64,000 bases of DNA from a virus: IMG/VR virus record IMGVR_UViG_3300044609_000721, one strand, 5' to 3'. How positions within the stretch are numbered: the first letter of the stretch is position 1; each line of letters starts with the position of its first letter. The translations under genes were made by a program, and so were the position numbers. This document shows, piece after piece, positions 25,979-35,923 of the stretch. The notes under the pieces were generated by a model. The model saw only the letters and a list, made by a program, of their open reading frames with translations. It searched no databases and was not told the origin of the DNA.

Positions 25979-28900
25979 TTAGATTGGGAACTCTCTAATC
26001 TGAATATTGTCTCCATTTCTAGGAGCATCACCAGATCCAAATACAACGTTAGTACCAGAAACTGTATAATTTGTATCAGGTACTTGGCAAACACCATTGA
26101 TGAATACCATTACACTTCTGGAATTATGACCAGAGGTAATAGTATATTGTTGGGTTGTACCATCACCAGTGTACGATCTCAAAATATACTTAGATGGAGA
26201 AACACCTCCCTTACCATCAACAACAAGATCACCACTAATATGCTGACTACCAGTAACATCTAATCTATAGGTGGTGTTTGCAGTACCACCAAGAGCCATA
26301 TTTGTATTGGATCCAAATGTAGCAATATCAATGAATCCTGTGTTTGTAAGTCCAAACTTATACCATGTATTGGAATAATAAATCCAACCTAGGTTCTTTC
26401 CAGGAGTCCATGATGTATTGTATACAATATCACCGTCAATAGGTGTTGTATAATATGTTAGAGCAGATAGATTTGGTTGTCCAGATCCATTGTCTGGTGC
26501 CATTAGTGTGGACTTTAGAATTGTACCATCTGGATTCGCATATGTCAACTTCTTGACTTGAATATTGCTGTCCGAAGTAAGTTTTCCTTGGAATGTTACA
26601 GGACCAGCAAATAGTGATTCTAACTGGTTAGATGCACCACCAAGAACCGTCAACTTATCAGTAAGAACAAGTTCAGAGAATGTCTGAATTGTAGTGTTCT
26701 CTTCACCAACAACATTCAACTGAGCAATATCGTCAGAAGTGATCTGTCCAGTAACAGGGTTGATAACCTGGTTACCGATGAATAGATCACCGTTCGAGTT
26801 TAGACCAGAGTAGAATGAAACACCAGCAGCTTCCTTAAGTGACTGAGATAGTTTTACCTGATCTGCAGTTAGAACTTCAACCTGAGTCTGTGGGAATGCA
26901 GTTGAGTAGTTACCAGGACCGAAACCAGTATATTCAAATGTATGGTTACCAGATCTTTGAATAGAGTGACGACGAAGTTCAATGGGGATGGGTACCAATT
27001 CTCCCTCAGTATCAACCTTGAGTGGAATCATTCTAGTTTCAGCATCACCTAGTCTAGCAGTCAATCCAAATGAACCGATTGTTCCAGCACTAGCATTCCA
27101 TGCAAGGTTATTTTGAGATTCTGCAAGGAAGAATTGTGCTGCTTCCTTTGTGATACTTCTCTTAGTATCCTTATTTGGAGTTGGAGTAGCACCATCGGTT
27201 CCATATACCAGACCAATAGTAATATTATCCGCAACAGAAATAGATGCCAATGGATCAGCATTTGGATTATCTCTGTCAAATGCAGGATATACTTCGTTCA
27301 CATTCTGAGAGAATCTAAAGTCATTAAAGTTTGAAGTGGATGGTGTAATAGATGCACACAATACACTCAAGTAGTAAATACCATCGGCAACACCTCTTTC
27401 AAATTGCTGATGAGTTTCAATCTCATACACATAATAAACTTTATTGTATGATGGAGAACTAGACTCACTGGATCTTGGTTGCAACACATAACCAGTAATA
27501 GGTGCTCTAGGAACAGGGAATGAATCTTTTGGCATTACATAGCGTAATCTATAGATTCTATCTTTCAGAACACGAGCATCAGGTACTCTCTTGATGAATG
27601 TAGTTGGAGTAAATGCTAGAGTATTGTAAATGGCATTGGTAGTTAGAGTAGTAAAGATTTCATTACTTGTAGATGAAACTTGAATATACCAACCACCAAC
27701 AACACTTTGACCACCAACACTGTATGTGTTTGAGTCAAACTTCAATGGGCTATCTGCAGTATTTGCAGTTGCAGTAGTTACAGATGGTCCGTATGGATTA
27801 ATTCTTGCAGATTTAACTGTTGCTGTTGTAGATCCAGAAGAAATTAGCAGACAGTATAACTTATCTGGTACAGCAGATCCACCAGTACCATCTTGTCTAG
27901 CACCAACAGTATAACCTTGAACTTTCTTTGGAGGTGCAGCATCTGGATTAGTGTATCCATATAGATACAATCTCTGTGAATTTGCAACTACTTTGGTTCT
28001 CTGAATATCAACGTTAACCCAGTTTACAGATACTTCAGGAACATCAGAAAGAGACTTAGGTGGAATGATGTGAGTTAGAGTTCCGAACTTATCCTTAGTA
28101 AATGCTGCTGCTTTGAATCCCTTACAGCGGAGAGCAGTGTTACCAAAGTTAGAGTTGGAGTTAGTGATGGACATGTCAGCACCACTATCAGCAAAGAAGT
28201 GATCACCATATCCCACCGCGAACACCGAAACGACCTGAATGAATGCGTCGTTGGATGCCTTAATGTGAACGTGTCTCCATCCCTTCTTATATCTACATGC
28301 ACCATCTAGGTGAGCACCTTGGCCACCCTCATCGTAGGATCCAGTAGAAGTGTTATAGCGTACAAATGCACGATCGTCTTTCTGTAGAGATAGACCAGTG
28401 AACTGTGCAACAACCATGGATTTGAAACCAGTGGTTTTTCCACCATCAGCGTGCATACCATTCATACCCCACACAGAACGTAGGGATAGGTTGAACACAT
28501 ATGGAGATGATGAGTCAACAGTATCAATCTCAACCTTAACTAGAATGTTAGATCCAACAGCATTACCAGTTGGTTCATCAGACATCTGATAGGTAAATAC
28601 GTTTCCTTGTGCAGATGTTACTTGGAAGGATCCATTGTAGAGAGAGGCATCCAGTTCAGACTGAGTACCAGTCGATCCAGTAACACCTGAAATATTAACA
28701 GAAACCCCAACGGAGAATCCGTGATTCTTAGGATTACCTAGTTCATCAACAGTGATTGCAGTAGCAGTCTGACCGTTTCTAGTAATCTGAAGAACCTGGA
28801 ATTCGTCAGAGATAGGTCCAACGATTCTATTTTCTTCGATTCTTGGTTGTAGTTGGTCTTGTGATGGAGTACCAGAGGTATCAGGAATAGAAGTGAATGC

Positions 28901-29668
28901 TCTCGAAATCTTCTGATAGTAGATCTCAAGGTCAGTTCTGGACTGAAGATCAGGAATGATCGAAGAGTTAATATCAAAGTTTGGTTTTACATTTCCATCA
29001 GCAATTAACTGTCTGAGTTCGTTTCTACCATCAGCAAACTCAAATGCAGTTAGTTTGTGGTGTGAATAGTTTGGTTGGATTGTAGTAGCATCATTCTCTT
29101 TGTAGTAAACACCAGTAGAGTCACCATCAAAGAAGGAGAACTGCCAGAAGTAGCAACCACCAGTTACACGGAAGATTGCAGCCTTTGATGGTTCGTTAAC
29201 TGTGGTGATGCCTAGAGATGGTCTCGTTGTAGGATAAGGAATGTACTTAGGAATAATCTTAGTTCTTCTAAGGTCAGATCCTACGATAGAACAACCTCTA
29301 GGAACAATAACACCACCTTCAACAGAGTTAAATTTATAAAGAATATTGTTAGGACTTGTCACATCAAAGTTTGAGTTTTCATCCAGAGGTGGAATTTCTG
29401 TGTATAGAATTTCTCCTGGACGATTATCAATAATATATTCAGAGGGGTATAGGTAGATGCTGAATGCATCATACTCGTCATTAGAAAGACCAACACGATA
29501 CGAGAATCGTGATACTTCAAGAAGTGCTCTCTGTAAAGTCTTGAAAGGTCTAAGAGCAGAGTTACCTCTATTGTCAATCGAGTCCGAAGCGTCGAAATCA
29601 TCGGGATTGACGTAGATGATACGTCCCGTTCTGGACGTAATAATATTCTTGAGTCTTGTTAATGACAT
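25979..29668 (-). CDS. large virion structural/tail fibre protein with a probable beta-helix
   Basis: 1229 aa; IYVNPDDFDASD...RPFKTLQRAL; C-terminal GDG..VFINGV.Q module. Confidence 0.75.
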   Translation of the reverse strand: MSLTRLKNIITSRTGRIIYVNPDDFDASDSIDNRGNSALRPFKTLQRALLEVSRFSYRVGLSNDEYDAFSIYLYPSEYIIDNRPGEILYTEIPPLDENSNFDVTSPNNILYKFNSVEGGVIVPRGCSIVGSDLRRTKIIPKYIPYPTTRPSLGITTVNEPSKAAIFRVTGGCYFWQFSFFDGDSTGVYYKENDATTIQPNYSHHKLTAFEFADGRNELRQLIADGNVKPNFDINSSIIPDLQSRTDLEIYYQKISRAFTSIPDTSGTPSQDQLQPRIEENRIVGPISDEFQVLQITRNGQTATAITVDELGNPKNHGFSVGVSVNISGVTGSTGTQSELDASLYNGSFQVTSAQGNVFTYQMSDEPTGNAVGSNILVKVEIDTVDSSSPYVFNLSLRSVWGMNGMHADGGKTTGFKSMVVAQFTGLSLQKDDRAFVRYNTSTGSYDEGGQGAHLDGACRYKKGWRHVHIKASNDAFIQVVSVFAVGYGDHFFADSGADMSITNSNSNFGNTALRCKGFKAAAFTKDKFGTLTHIIPPKSLSDVPEVSVNWVNVDIQRTKVVANSQRLYLYGYTNPDAAPPKKVQGYTVGARQDGTGGSAVPDKLYCLLISSGSTTATVKSARINPYGPSVTTATANTADSPLKFDSNTYSVGGQSVVGGWYIQVSSTSNEIFTTLTTNAIYNTLAFTPTTFIKRVPDARVLKDRIYRLRYVMPKDSFPVPRAPITGYVLQPRSSESSSPSYNKVYYVYEIETHQQFERGVADGIYYLSVLCASITPSTSNFNDFRFSQNVNEVYPAFDRDNPNADPLASISVADNITIGLVYGTDGATPTPNKDTKRSITKEAAQFFLAESQNNLAWNASAGTIGSFGLTARLGDAETRMIPLKVDTEGELVPIPIELRRHSIQRSGNHTFEYTGFGPGNYSTAFPQTQVEVLTADQVKLSQSLKEAAGVSFYSGLNSNGDLFIGNQVINPVTGQITSDDIAQLNVVGEENTTIQTFSELVLTDKLTVLGGASNQLESLFAGPVTFQGKLTSDSNIQVKKLTYANPDGTILKSTLMAPDNGSGQPNLSALTYYTTPIDGDIVYNTSWTPGKNLGWIYYSNTWYKFGLTNTGFIDIATFGSNTNMALGGTANTTYRLDVTGSQHISGDLVVDGKGGVSPSKYILRSYTGDGTTQQYTITSGHNSRSVMVFINGVCQVPDTNYTVSGTNVVFGSGDAPRNGDNIQIREFPI

Positions 29669-29693
29669 AGTTTTATTGTCCTATATTACTTAA

Positions 29694-31709
29694 TTAGATA
29701 GTAACTCTGTTATAAAGTAGAACTTCAAAGTCCGATGTAGTGTCTTCGAATCCATTTAGAACATAACTAAGGTCAGCAACACTAGAATTTACAACAATTG
29801 ATTGACCTGGACCAACTACAATACTTGTATTTTTGTCAGTTACCTTTGTTGCTAATGACTTATCAAACAGAATATAATCTTCTGCATTTACAGAAGTTGC
29901 AGAAGTAAGAGATGATACAGTAGCAAAGGATCTCACAACACCAACTTCTCTAGGAGAATCATATAACATATGTTCAAATGTTCCAGTTCCAGAAACTGCA
30001 CCAGTGTTTGCAATTGATAGTGTGACGGTTGTTCCACTAATTGCGGTGATTCTAGCACCAGATGCAATTCCAGTTCCAGAAACTGACATACCTTTAACAA
30101 GTCCAGTGGCAGAGCCAACCGTAATTGTCTTAGTACCATTAGATCCAGTAATGGAAGTGGTTATTTCAGCAAAAGCGACGGAATTAAGTCCAAGAGAAAC
30201 TTTGAGTGCAGTTCCAGAGTAACTGTGTACATAACCATATGGTCCAATATGAACAGCGCCTACATCGTTACTACCAGAACCAGTATCAAAAGAATCAGTT
30301 ACTGAGATCGTACCATCAATATCATAAACGTAAATACTATTATAAAGTGGAGTATTATCAATTGTAACACCTCCACCCAATCCATCTTCGTCTAAATCAA
30401 CAATATTTAAATTGACAGAAGTAGTTGAAGTGATATCAATTTGAGTGTATGCTCCAGCAGATCCAGCAATACCAACAATAGAAACTCCAGTTGCATATTC
30501 TGCTGTTTCTCCAGTTAATCGGAATCTAAGTGAATGGTTCGTGTTTGATGAATCATTCTGAAGGAATCTATATGTCCTATTCAAGATGGCAGAGAAGTTG
30601 GTAATATTCTGATAAATGCCAACACTGCCAATATCATAAACAAATTTCTTCGTTGGTGAGAATGGGTTGTTAGTTAAAGTACTATAATTTACTTCGGATG
30701 CTACAGGTCCAACAGTCACTACTTCATCTTGATCAAAGAAGTTGAGGATAACTCTATCATCATATGTAAAGTATGAAACGGTGGCGGCAGCAAGATGAGC
30801 AGCGGCAGTTGTACCAAATCTTCCTCTAGAAACATCAATAGTTGTACCATTGATACCAAGAATTTCCATCAATTCATTATCAATTTTAATATAATTACCG
30901 ATGGTTAATCCAGTAGCACTTGCAACATCTAGACTAGTTACAACACCATCAATACCGCTAGAGAGAGTTGTAGTTGTTGCAGTAGTACCAAGTACAGAAC
31001 AAGTTGAACCACTCTTGTGAGCAGATGCAGTAGTTCCGAACTGTGCTCTAGTTACAGCAGAAATGAATCCAGTAAAAGTACCAAGCAATACAATTTCAAA
31101 ATCATTTGAACCTGGTGTTGTACTAACTCCTGGAATGGCAACATACTTACCAGAAGCAACATTAGTGAGATTTGCAAATCTTAAATTGGTTGCAGCACTA
31201 GTAACGTCAGGAATACCAGCAGAAATTGCGTTGGTAGTAGATTGATAAGAATAGACTAGAGCAGTAAGTCCATTTGCTCCAGTTAAAGTATCTCCAGCCG
31301 CAATTGTTCCTCCAGTAGGAGCAACACCCAAGTTAAAATTACCAACGTCATCCACTTTAGTTGGAACTTCAATGATGCTATCATCTGTTACAACATCAAG
31401 ATATCTGAAGGTTGCATTTTGACTATCTGTTGTGATCAAACTTCCAGGTACAAGAGCATTTGCCTGAACACCAGGAATTAGATCTAACTGGTAAGTACTT
31501 ACTACGTTACCTTTTCTGTATTCATAGTTACTAGCATCTACAGTTAAAATTTGGTCATAGTCTCTTAGACCGACTTTATAAGTCGAAGCAGAGGATCCCT
31601 GATTGGTTACGTTAAGAACTGCACTAGCAGAACTTCCAATTGGAGATCTGTATAAAAGGGTATCTGTAGTTGCTGAAGGTTTTGCCGAAGCTAGTTTTCC
31701 TGCGGTCAT
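29694..31709 (-). CDS. virion structural protein
   Basis: 671 aa Thr/Ser/Gly-rich; two R..FGTTA.AH modules. Confidence 0.7.
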   Translation of the reverse strand: MTAGKLASAKPSATTDTLLYRSPIGSSASAVLNVTNQGSSASTYKVGLRDYDQILTVDASNYEYRKGNVVSTYQLDLIPGVQANALVPGSLITTDSQNATFRYLDVVTDDSIIEVPTKVDDVGNFNLGVAPTGGTIAAGDTLTGANGLTALVYSYQSTTNAISAGIPDVTSAATNLRFANLTNVASGKYVAIPGVSTTPGSNDFEIVLLGTFTGFISAVTRAQFGTTASAHKSGSTCSVLGTTATTTTLSSGIDGVVTSLDVASATGLTIGNYIKIDNELMEILGINGTTIDVSRGRFGTTAAAHLAAATVSYFTYDDRVILNFFDQDEVVTVGPVASEVNYSTLTNNPFSPTKKFVYDIGSVGIYQNITNFSAILNRTYRFLQNDSSNTNHSLRFRLTGETAEYATGVSIVGIAGSAGAYTQIDITSTTSVNLNIVDLDEDGLGGGVTIDNTPLYNSIYVYDIDGTISVTDSFDTGSGSNDVGAVHIGPYGYVHSYSGTALKVSLGLNSVAFAEITTSITGSNGTKTITVGSATGLVKGMSVSGTGIASGARITAISGTTVTLSIANTGAVSGTGTFEHMLYDSPREVGVVRSFATVSSLTSATSVNAEDYILFDKSLATKVTDKNTSIVVGPGQSIVVNSSVADLSYVLNGFEDTTSDFEVLLYNRVTI

Positions 31710-31716
31710 TTGTTAT

Positions 31717-33021
31717 CTACCATCCTGATTGAAAATGTGCCTGTAGTTTGAGTCTTCCTCCAAGATTTTTTGCTGTAATTGCTCCACCAAAATCAATATT
31801 CTCTAGTGATCCAGCATTGTTGGTGGATAGTAATGTAGCATCGCCATCTGGAAATTGTATAGTTCTCGTTTCACTAATATTAGTTAGGTCAAAAACAACT
31901 CGTCTCAATGATGATCTAACGTCAGAAAATACTGGTTGATCGTATAATTTATTTTTGATTGTTTGAGATGCTAACTCAGAAACAAGAATGCTTGTTGCTG
32001 TACTATTTAGTGTCGTAGGAAATGAGAAACTATTAGTTGTTGCGGTTAGAAGATTACTTAGTTCAAATTGAATCTTTTTGGTTGGATCTGTTGACGTAGC
32101 AAATACAGCATCTTGATATACTTTGGAAGTAATTGTCTGTGCTGAGTCAGTACCAACCAGAGTAATACTTAAGTCAGGGAATCTTACAGTCCTTGGAGCA
32201 GTAAGTAAAGAAGCATCAAACAATGCCTTGTTACTTGTGGATGCGTTCAGTGCAAAACTTGGTTGAACAAAAGTCTTGTTCGAAATCGTCTGTGATGATA
32301 GATCATCGACAATTGTACTTTGAATTACACCAGAACCAGGATCTGGGAAGAAATAAGTTTTAGTGCCAGAGTTAGTTAAAACCCAGTCAATACCAAACTT
32401 GGCTTCTTTATTACCATCAGTAATGTAGAGATTGTTTTCAGTTACTCTAATTACTTTGTTGGTGATAGTTTGTGATGTATCAGTACCAACTAGTGTAGTG
32501 CTATTTCCAACGTCAACTAGTGGTAGTGAGAAAATTCTTAGACCAGTACCAATATTGCTTACTTCAAATCTCGCTCTCTTGTTGCTGCTAACATCATCAA
32601 CAACTTCGAATTGTGTGTCCTGCAATCTAAAAATAGATCCAGGTTGAACACCTACAGTTCCAGATCCTTTTGGTTGTAAAAGAATATTAACATTATTTGC
32701 TGTAGTGTCAACTGCCTGCAGTTTCGCTGTTACTGTACTAGCAGCACTTTCTGTGATTTTAGAAAAGTAATATCCAGAAGTACCAAAAGAAATTCCAAGT
32801 TCATTATAAGCGTTTTGATATAATCCAGTGTCACGATCAAGGTCAAATGCTAGTCCAGGAGCAGTTTTAGTTCCCGCTGCAACACCACGAAATAACTGAT
32901 TTACTTTACTTTTTCTATTTGGGATTAGAGGATCAGCAATAACTACTGGTACAATAGCTTCACCAGTAAGCAAATCATCCGCTAAGTTTTCTAATTGTGA
33001 TATTTTTTTGGTTCCAGCCAC
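31717..33021 (-). CDS. tail fibre-like protein
   Basis: Probable GTG start at 33021 (AGTKKISQL); repeated TLVGTD..QTITNK units. Confidence 0.7.
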   Translation of the reverse strand: MAGTKKISQLENLADDLLTGEAIVPVVIADPLIPNRKSKVNQLFRGVAAGTKTAPGLAFDLDRDTGLYQNAYNELGISFGTSGYYFSKITESAASTVTAKLQAVDTTANNVNILLQPKGSGTVGVQPGSIFRLQDTQFEVVDDVSSNKRARFEVSNIGTGLRIFSLPLVDVGNSTTLVGTDTSQTITNKVIRVTENNLYITDGNKEAKFGIDWVLTNSGTKTYFFPDPGSGVIQSTIVDDLSSQTISNKTFVQPSFALNASTSNKALFDASLLTAPRTVRFPDLSITLVGTDSAQTITSKVYQDAVFATSTDPTKKIQFELSNLLTATTNSFSFPTTLNSTATSILVSELASQTIKNKLYDQPVFSDVRSSLRRVVFDLTNISETRTIQFPDGDATLLSTNNAGSLENIDFGGAITAKNLGGRLKLQAHFQSGW

Positions 33022-33053
33022 AAGTAACCTTCGGGGGGATTGTTCTTCAGATT

Positions 33054-33061
33054 TATTTATA
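33054..33061 (-). promoter_or_regulatory. T4-type late promoter for the fibre operon
   Basis: TATAAATA about 30 nt before the GTG at 33021. Confidence 0.8.
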
Positions 33062-33065
33062 CAAG

Positions 33066-33095
33066 AAAAAGGACTAGGGTATTTCACCTAGTCCT
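33066..33095 (-). terminator. intrinsic terminator
   Basis: AGGACTAGG-TGAAATAC-CCTAGTCCT then TTTT. Confidence 0.85.
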
Positions 33096-33115
33096 ATTAC
33101 TTCCTTCACACGGAC
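33066..33115 (-). ncRNA. candidate ~50-nt small RNA
   Basis: Near-consensus promoter TTGACG-17-TATAAT, no ORF, terminator within 50 nt. Confidence 0.6.
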
Positions 33116-33120
33116 AACTT

Positions 33121-33149
33121 ATTATACCACTAAAATGGTGGTCCGTCAA
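33121..33149 (-). promoter_or_regulatory. sigma70-type promoter
   Basis: TTGACG(33149-33144)-17-TATAAT(33126-33121). Confidence 0.85.
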
Positions 33150-33351
33150 ATCCTTCGATTGAATGTATCTTCTTCTTTAAGTCTTTCACTAAAGTACGAA
33201 CTATCTGAGACTGCTCTTCATAGAATGGATCCCCAGTACTCAAATAAAATTCTTGTAATTTATCTACATACTTCAGCATCTGATATATGTGGGGATTCCA
33301 GGGATCTCTAGTTGGAGCAAAGTAAGTTCTTCGCTCTGTCTCTGGTGGCAT
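33130..33351 (-). CDS. hypothetical protein
   Basis: 73 aa ORF (PTRDPWNPHIYQMLK). Confidence 0.65.
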   Translation of the reverse strand: MPPETERRTYFAPTRDPWNPHIYQMLKYVDKLQEFYLSTGDPFYEEQSQIVRTLVKDLKKKIHSIEGFDGPPF

Positions 33352-33376
33352 GTATACCTACTGCATACGCTAGTAT

Positions 33377-34324
33377 TTATGATAAAATTGTCTTAGTTCG
33401 ATTAATATATTCATTGCGAATATACTCACCGTAGGATTGATTTGGGTCAATCCTGTTTTTGCAACTACCAACACCACAATATCCACAGTTCTTACCTACA
33501 ACTAGGTAATTCATAATTATGTTCTTGTAAGTGTCAGTTCCATTACCAACAATAAGTGGAGTAATATCAACTCCATTCATGGCAAGGAGATACATGGAGT
33601 TGAATACAATGTCCATGCTGTTATTGTGAATCAATCCATTAAATTCACAGAAGGTAATATACTCTTCGTAACTTGAATTGTGCAAACTATACAGAACAGA
33701 ATATACTGTACCTATCTTATGCATCAATTGATCTGAATTGAAAATATCAGCAACATCAGTAACCAATCCACTATATGAAATATCAGATATGGAATTTTTA
33801 TCCCATGGGAAGTTCCAATTATTGGTAATCATATAATCCAACAACTCACGAAGTTTGTGTGATTGTGGTTGTTGCATATAAAAGATTCTATTACATTGAT
33901 AGAGAACTTTCAAGTAGTACTGCTCTGAAGATTCATCTATTGTTTCATAACCAAGTACATCAATAGAGTTCTTTTCAAAACTTGGTTCATCATATAGATT
34001 CTCAAGGATGTTTAGTTCCTTTATTCCACATGATCCAATCCAGTCAGTAAATTGTGGTTGGAATTTCTCTTGAAAGATTCCTACCTTACCTTGGAAACAT
34101 TTCTTGGATACCTGAGTGCCCAGGTAAAAGATTGGACTTTCTGATATTATGTCATACTCATCTGAAATTTGCAAATCAGTATGATGAGATGTATATGGTA
34201 CACCAACTCCTTTGTAATAGATTTGACTACCTTTATATACTCTACCATCAACGTACTCTAAATTATCATCAATATGGATATTATTGACTACATTTCCAGT
34301 AGTATCATACACAAGTACATCCAT
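33377..34324 (-). CDS. hypothetical protein with a C-terminal Cys cluster
   Basis: 315 aa; NCGYCGVGSC. Confidence 0.7.
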   Translation of the reverse strand: MDVLVYDTTGNVVNNIHIDDNLEYVDGRVYKGSQIYYKGVGVPYTSHHTDLQISDEYDIISESPIFYLGTQVSKKCFQGKVGIFQEKFQPQFTDWIGSCGIKELNILENLYDEPSFEKNSIDVLGYETIDESSEQYYLKVLYQCNRIFYMQQPQSHKLRELLDYMITNNWNFPWDKNSISDISYSGLVTDVADIFNSDQLMHKIGTVYSVLYSLHNSSYEEYITFCEFNGLIHNNSMDIVFNSMYLLAMNGVDITPLIVGNGTDTYKNIIMNYLVVGKNCGYCGVGSCKNRIDPNQSYGEYIRNEYINRTKTILS

Positions 34325-34344
34325 AATAATATTTTAGTATGTAA

Positions 34345-34416
34345 AGCCTCCGACAAGATTCGAACTTGCGACCAGCGGTTTACAAAACCGCTGCTCTACC
34401 ACTGAGCTACAGAGGC
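34345..34416 (-). tRNA. tRNA-Thr(UGU)
   Basis: Cloverleaf; anticodon arm GCGGT-TTTGTAA-ACCGC; TTCGAAT T-loop; no encoded CCA. Confidence 0.95.
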
Positions 34417-34417
34417 A

Positions 34418-34690
34418 TTAATCGTATTCTGGAGGCATACACTCTGGATTTTCCAGTTCCACATCAAACAGACATGGGTGTGCCTCCTCATCAATCAAAT
34501 AGAAAGATATTTTATATAGGTCTTCTGGTTCCCACCTTCTTTGTTGATCTGCTTGTTTGATCAGATCTTCATCGTAGATAGCATTTTCTTCAAGTTCATC
34601 AAACGTAAAGGGGAAAGAATTGATGAAGTACATTCGAACAATCATCTCGCCTCTATTATACCAACAATACGCCTGAGTGATCTTGTACAT
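34418..34690 (-). CDS. conserved cyanophage-type hypothetical protein
   Basis: YCWY...MYFINSFPFTFDEL...EEAHP. Confidence 0.7.
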   Translation of the reverse strand: MYKITQAYCWYNRGEMIVRMYFINSFPFTFDELEENAIYDEDLIKQADQQRRWEPEDLYKISFYLIDEEAHPCLFDVELENPECMPPEYD

Positions 34691-34697
34691 AAATGTT

Positions 34698-34916
34698 TTA
34701 CTTTAGAGACCTTGCTGGATTCATAACTGGATACACTGGTGGCACATTACTATGTACAATCACTTCATCCCAAAAAGTAGGATGACAGATTACACAACAA
34801 TCAAGATACGCATCAGCATCCACATTCACGCAAATAGTAATATATTGATCAGATATAAATCGAATATAACCCGTAATGTGTTTCCATTCGACATAAGATC
34901 CAATCTCAAAATTCAT
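34698..34916 (-). CDS. hypothetical protein
   Basis: Probable start MNFEIG at 34916, overlapping the speD stop. Confidence 0.6.
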   Translation of the reverse strand: MNFEIGSYVEWKHITGYIRFISDQYITICVNVDADAYLDCCVICHPTFWDEVIVHSNVPPVYPVMNPARSLK

Positions 34917-35256
34917 ACCCACCTCTAGGGAAAGATTTAGTTGCGTGTGATTTTGGTTTAAATTGTTCAATTACATGCCAAACGGCAGATTCAGGATTGC
35001 TTAGTCCGCAAGTGTAAATATCAATTGCGGCACTACCTTTCTCTGGCCACGTATGGATTGAAATATGTGATTCAGCAAGGAGGAGAACAAAAGTAATGCC
35101 TTGGGGTTCAAATTTATGGAAAACAGAATTTAAAATTGTTGCCCCAGATATAATTGCTGCTTGACGTAGTGTTTTATCAATGAAGTCTAAATCATCAAGT
35201 AATTCACTTTGAACGCCATAAACTTCAAGGGTGCAATGCTTTCCTAAATTTTCCAA
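34906..35256 (-). CDS. speD: S-adenosylmethionine decarboxylase proenzyme
   Basis: GKH, HKFEPQG, LAESHISIHTWPE (E/S autocleavage site), DIYTCG. Confidence 0.95.
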   Translation of the reverse strand: MENLGKHCTLEVYGVQSELLDDLDFIDKTLRQAAIISGATILNSVFHKFEPQGITFVLLLAESHISIHTWPEKGSAAIDIYTCGLSNPESAVWHVIEQFKPKSHATKSFPRGGYEF

Positions 35257-35301
35257 GGCATACCGTCTCCATTCACTAAATTTCCAACTATTTAGTTGGA
35301 A

Positions 35302-35374
35302 TAGGAGTGGTGGGATTCGAACCCACCCTTGAACGATTTTAAGTCGTTTGCCTCTTCCGCTGGGCTACACTCCC
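35302..35374 (-). tRNA. tRNA-Leu(UAA) with a short variable region
   Basis: GGGAGTG/CACTCCT acceptor, A73; AACGA-CTTAAAA-TCGTT; variable region CAAGG (5 nt). Confidence 0.85.
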
Positions 35375-35407
35375 GAAAGAATCGCGGTCTCTCAACCGCA
35401 TGTATGT

Positions 35408-35436
35408 ATGATACCAGACTCAGAAAGGGATGTCAA
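35408..35436 (-). promoter_or_regulatory. sigma70-type promoter for tRNA-Leu/speD
   Basis: TTGACA-17-TATCAT. Confidence 0.8.
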
Positions 35437-35674
35437 GAGGAGGAGGACCAGCAAGAGCAGTCTCAGGAGACTCAAGAACCTTTTGCATCTGTTGCAACTC
35501 TTCAATCAAATCTTCAGGAAGAGGTGCCTTTTCAATCACAGGAACCAAGAGTACATCTCCACTTTCACTTGTAACACGGAAAGACATCTTATTTCGTCCT
35601 ACAAGTGTATCAACAATAAAATCAGCGTACTCAGCAAGTTCATCAAGAGTAATTACTGGGACTTGTGTGTTCAT
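35420..35674 (-). CDS. hypothetical protein
   Basis: 84 aa ORF, coupled. Confidence 0.65.
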   Translation of the reverse strand: MNTQVPVITLDELAEYADFIVDTLVGRNKMSFRVTSESGDVLLVPVIEKAPLPEDLIEELQQMQKVLESPETALAGPPPLDIPF

Positions 35675-35868
35675 AGTTTATAAATTCGTTGTTCAGCGGG
35701 AAGAGTTTCCTGGCAGAAGTTTACCATATTTTCAAACTCTTGTAAACCCTCCTCATTCCATTCACATGCGACTGTCTGAAACTCACCATCAGTACCATGC
35801 ATTTCTACAGTACGTTTGGTGAAATCAATTACCACATGGTCTAGCGTGGCATCGGGACGGATATTCAT
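35671..35868 (-). CDS. hypothetical protein
   Basis: 65 aa ORF. Confidence 0.65.
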   Translation of the reverse strand: MNIRPDATLDHVVIDFTKRTVEMHGTDGEFQTVACEWNEEGLQEFENMVNFCQETLPAEQRIYKL

Positions 35869-35893
35869 CAGGGGTGCTCGGGGGTCTCACGAC

Positions 35894-35923
35894 ATCCTAG
35901 CACAGGTCCAGGCGGTTTGTCAA
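35894..35923 (-). promoter_or_regulatory. sigma70-type promoter
   Basis: TTGACA-18-TAGGAT with TG extension. Confidence 0.6.

Noticed and set aside
35302-35374. Group I intron in tRNA-Leu(UAA)
   Set aside because: The anticodon loop is continuous
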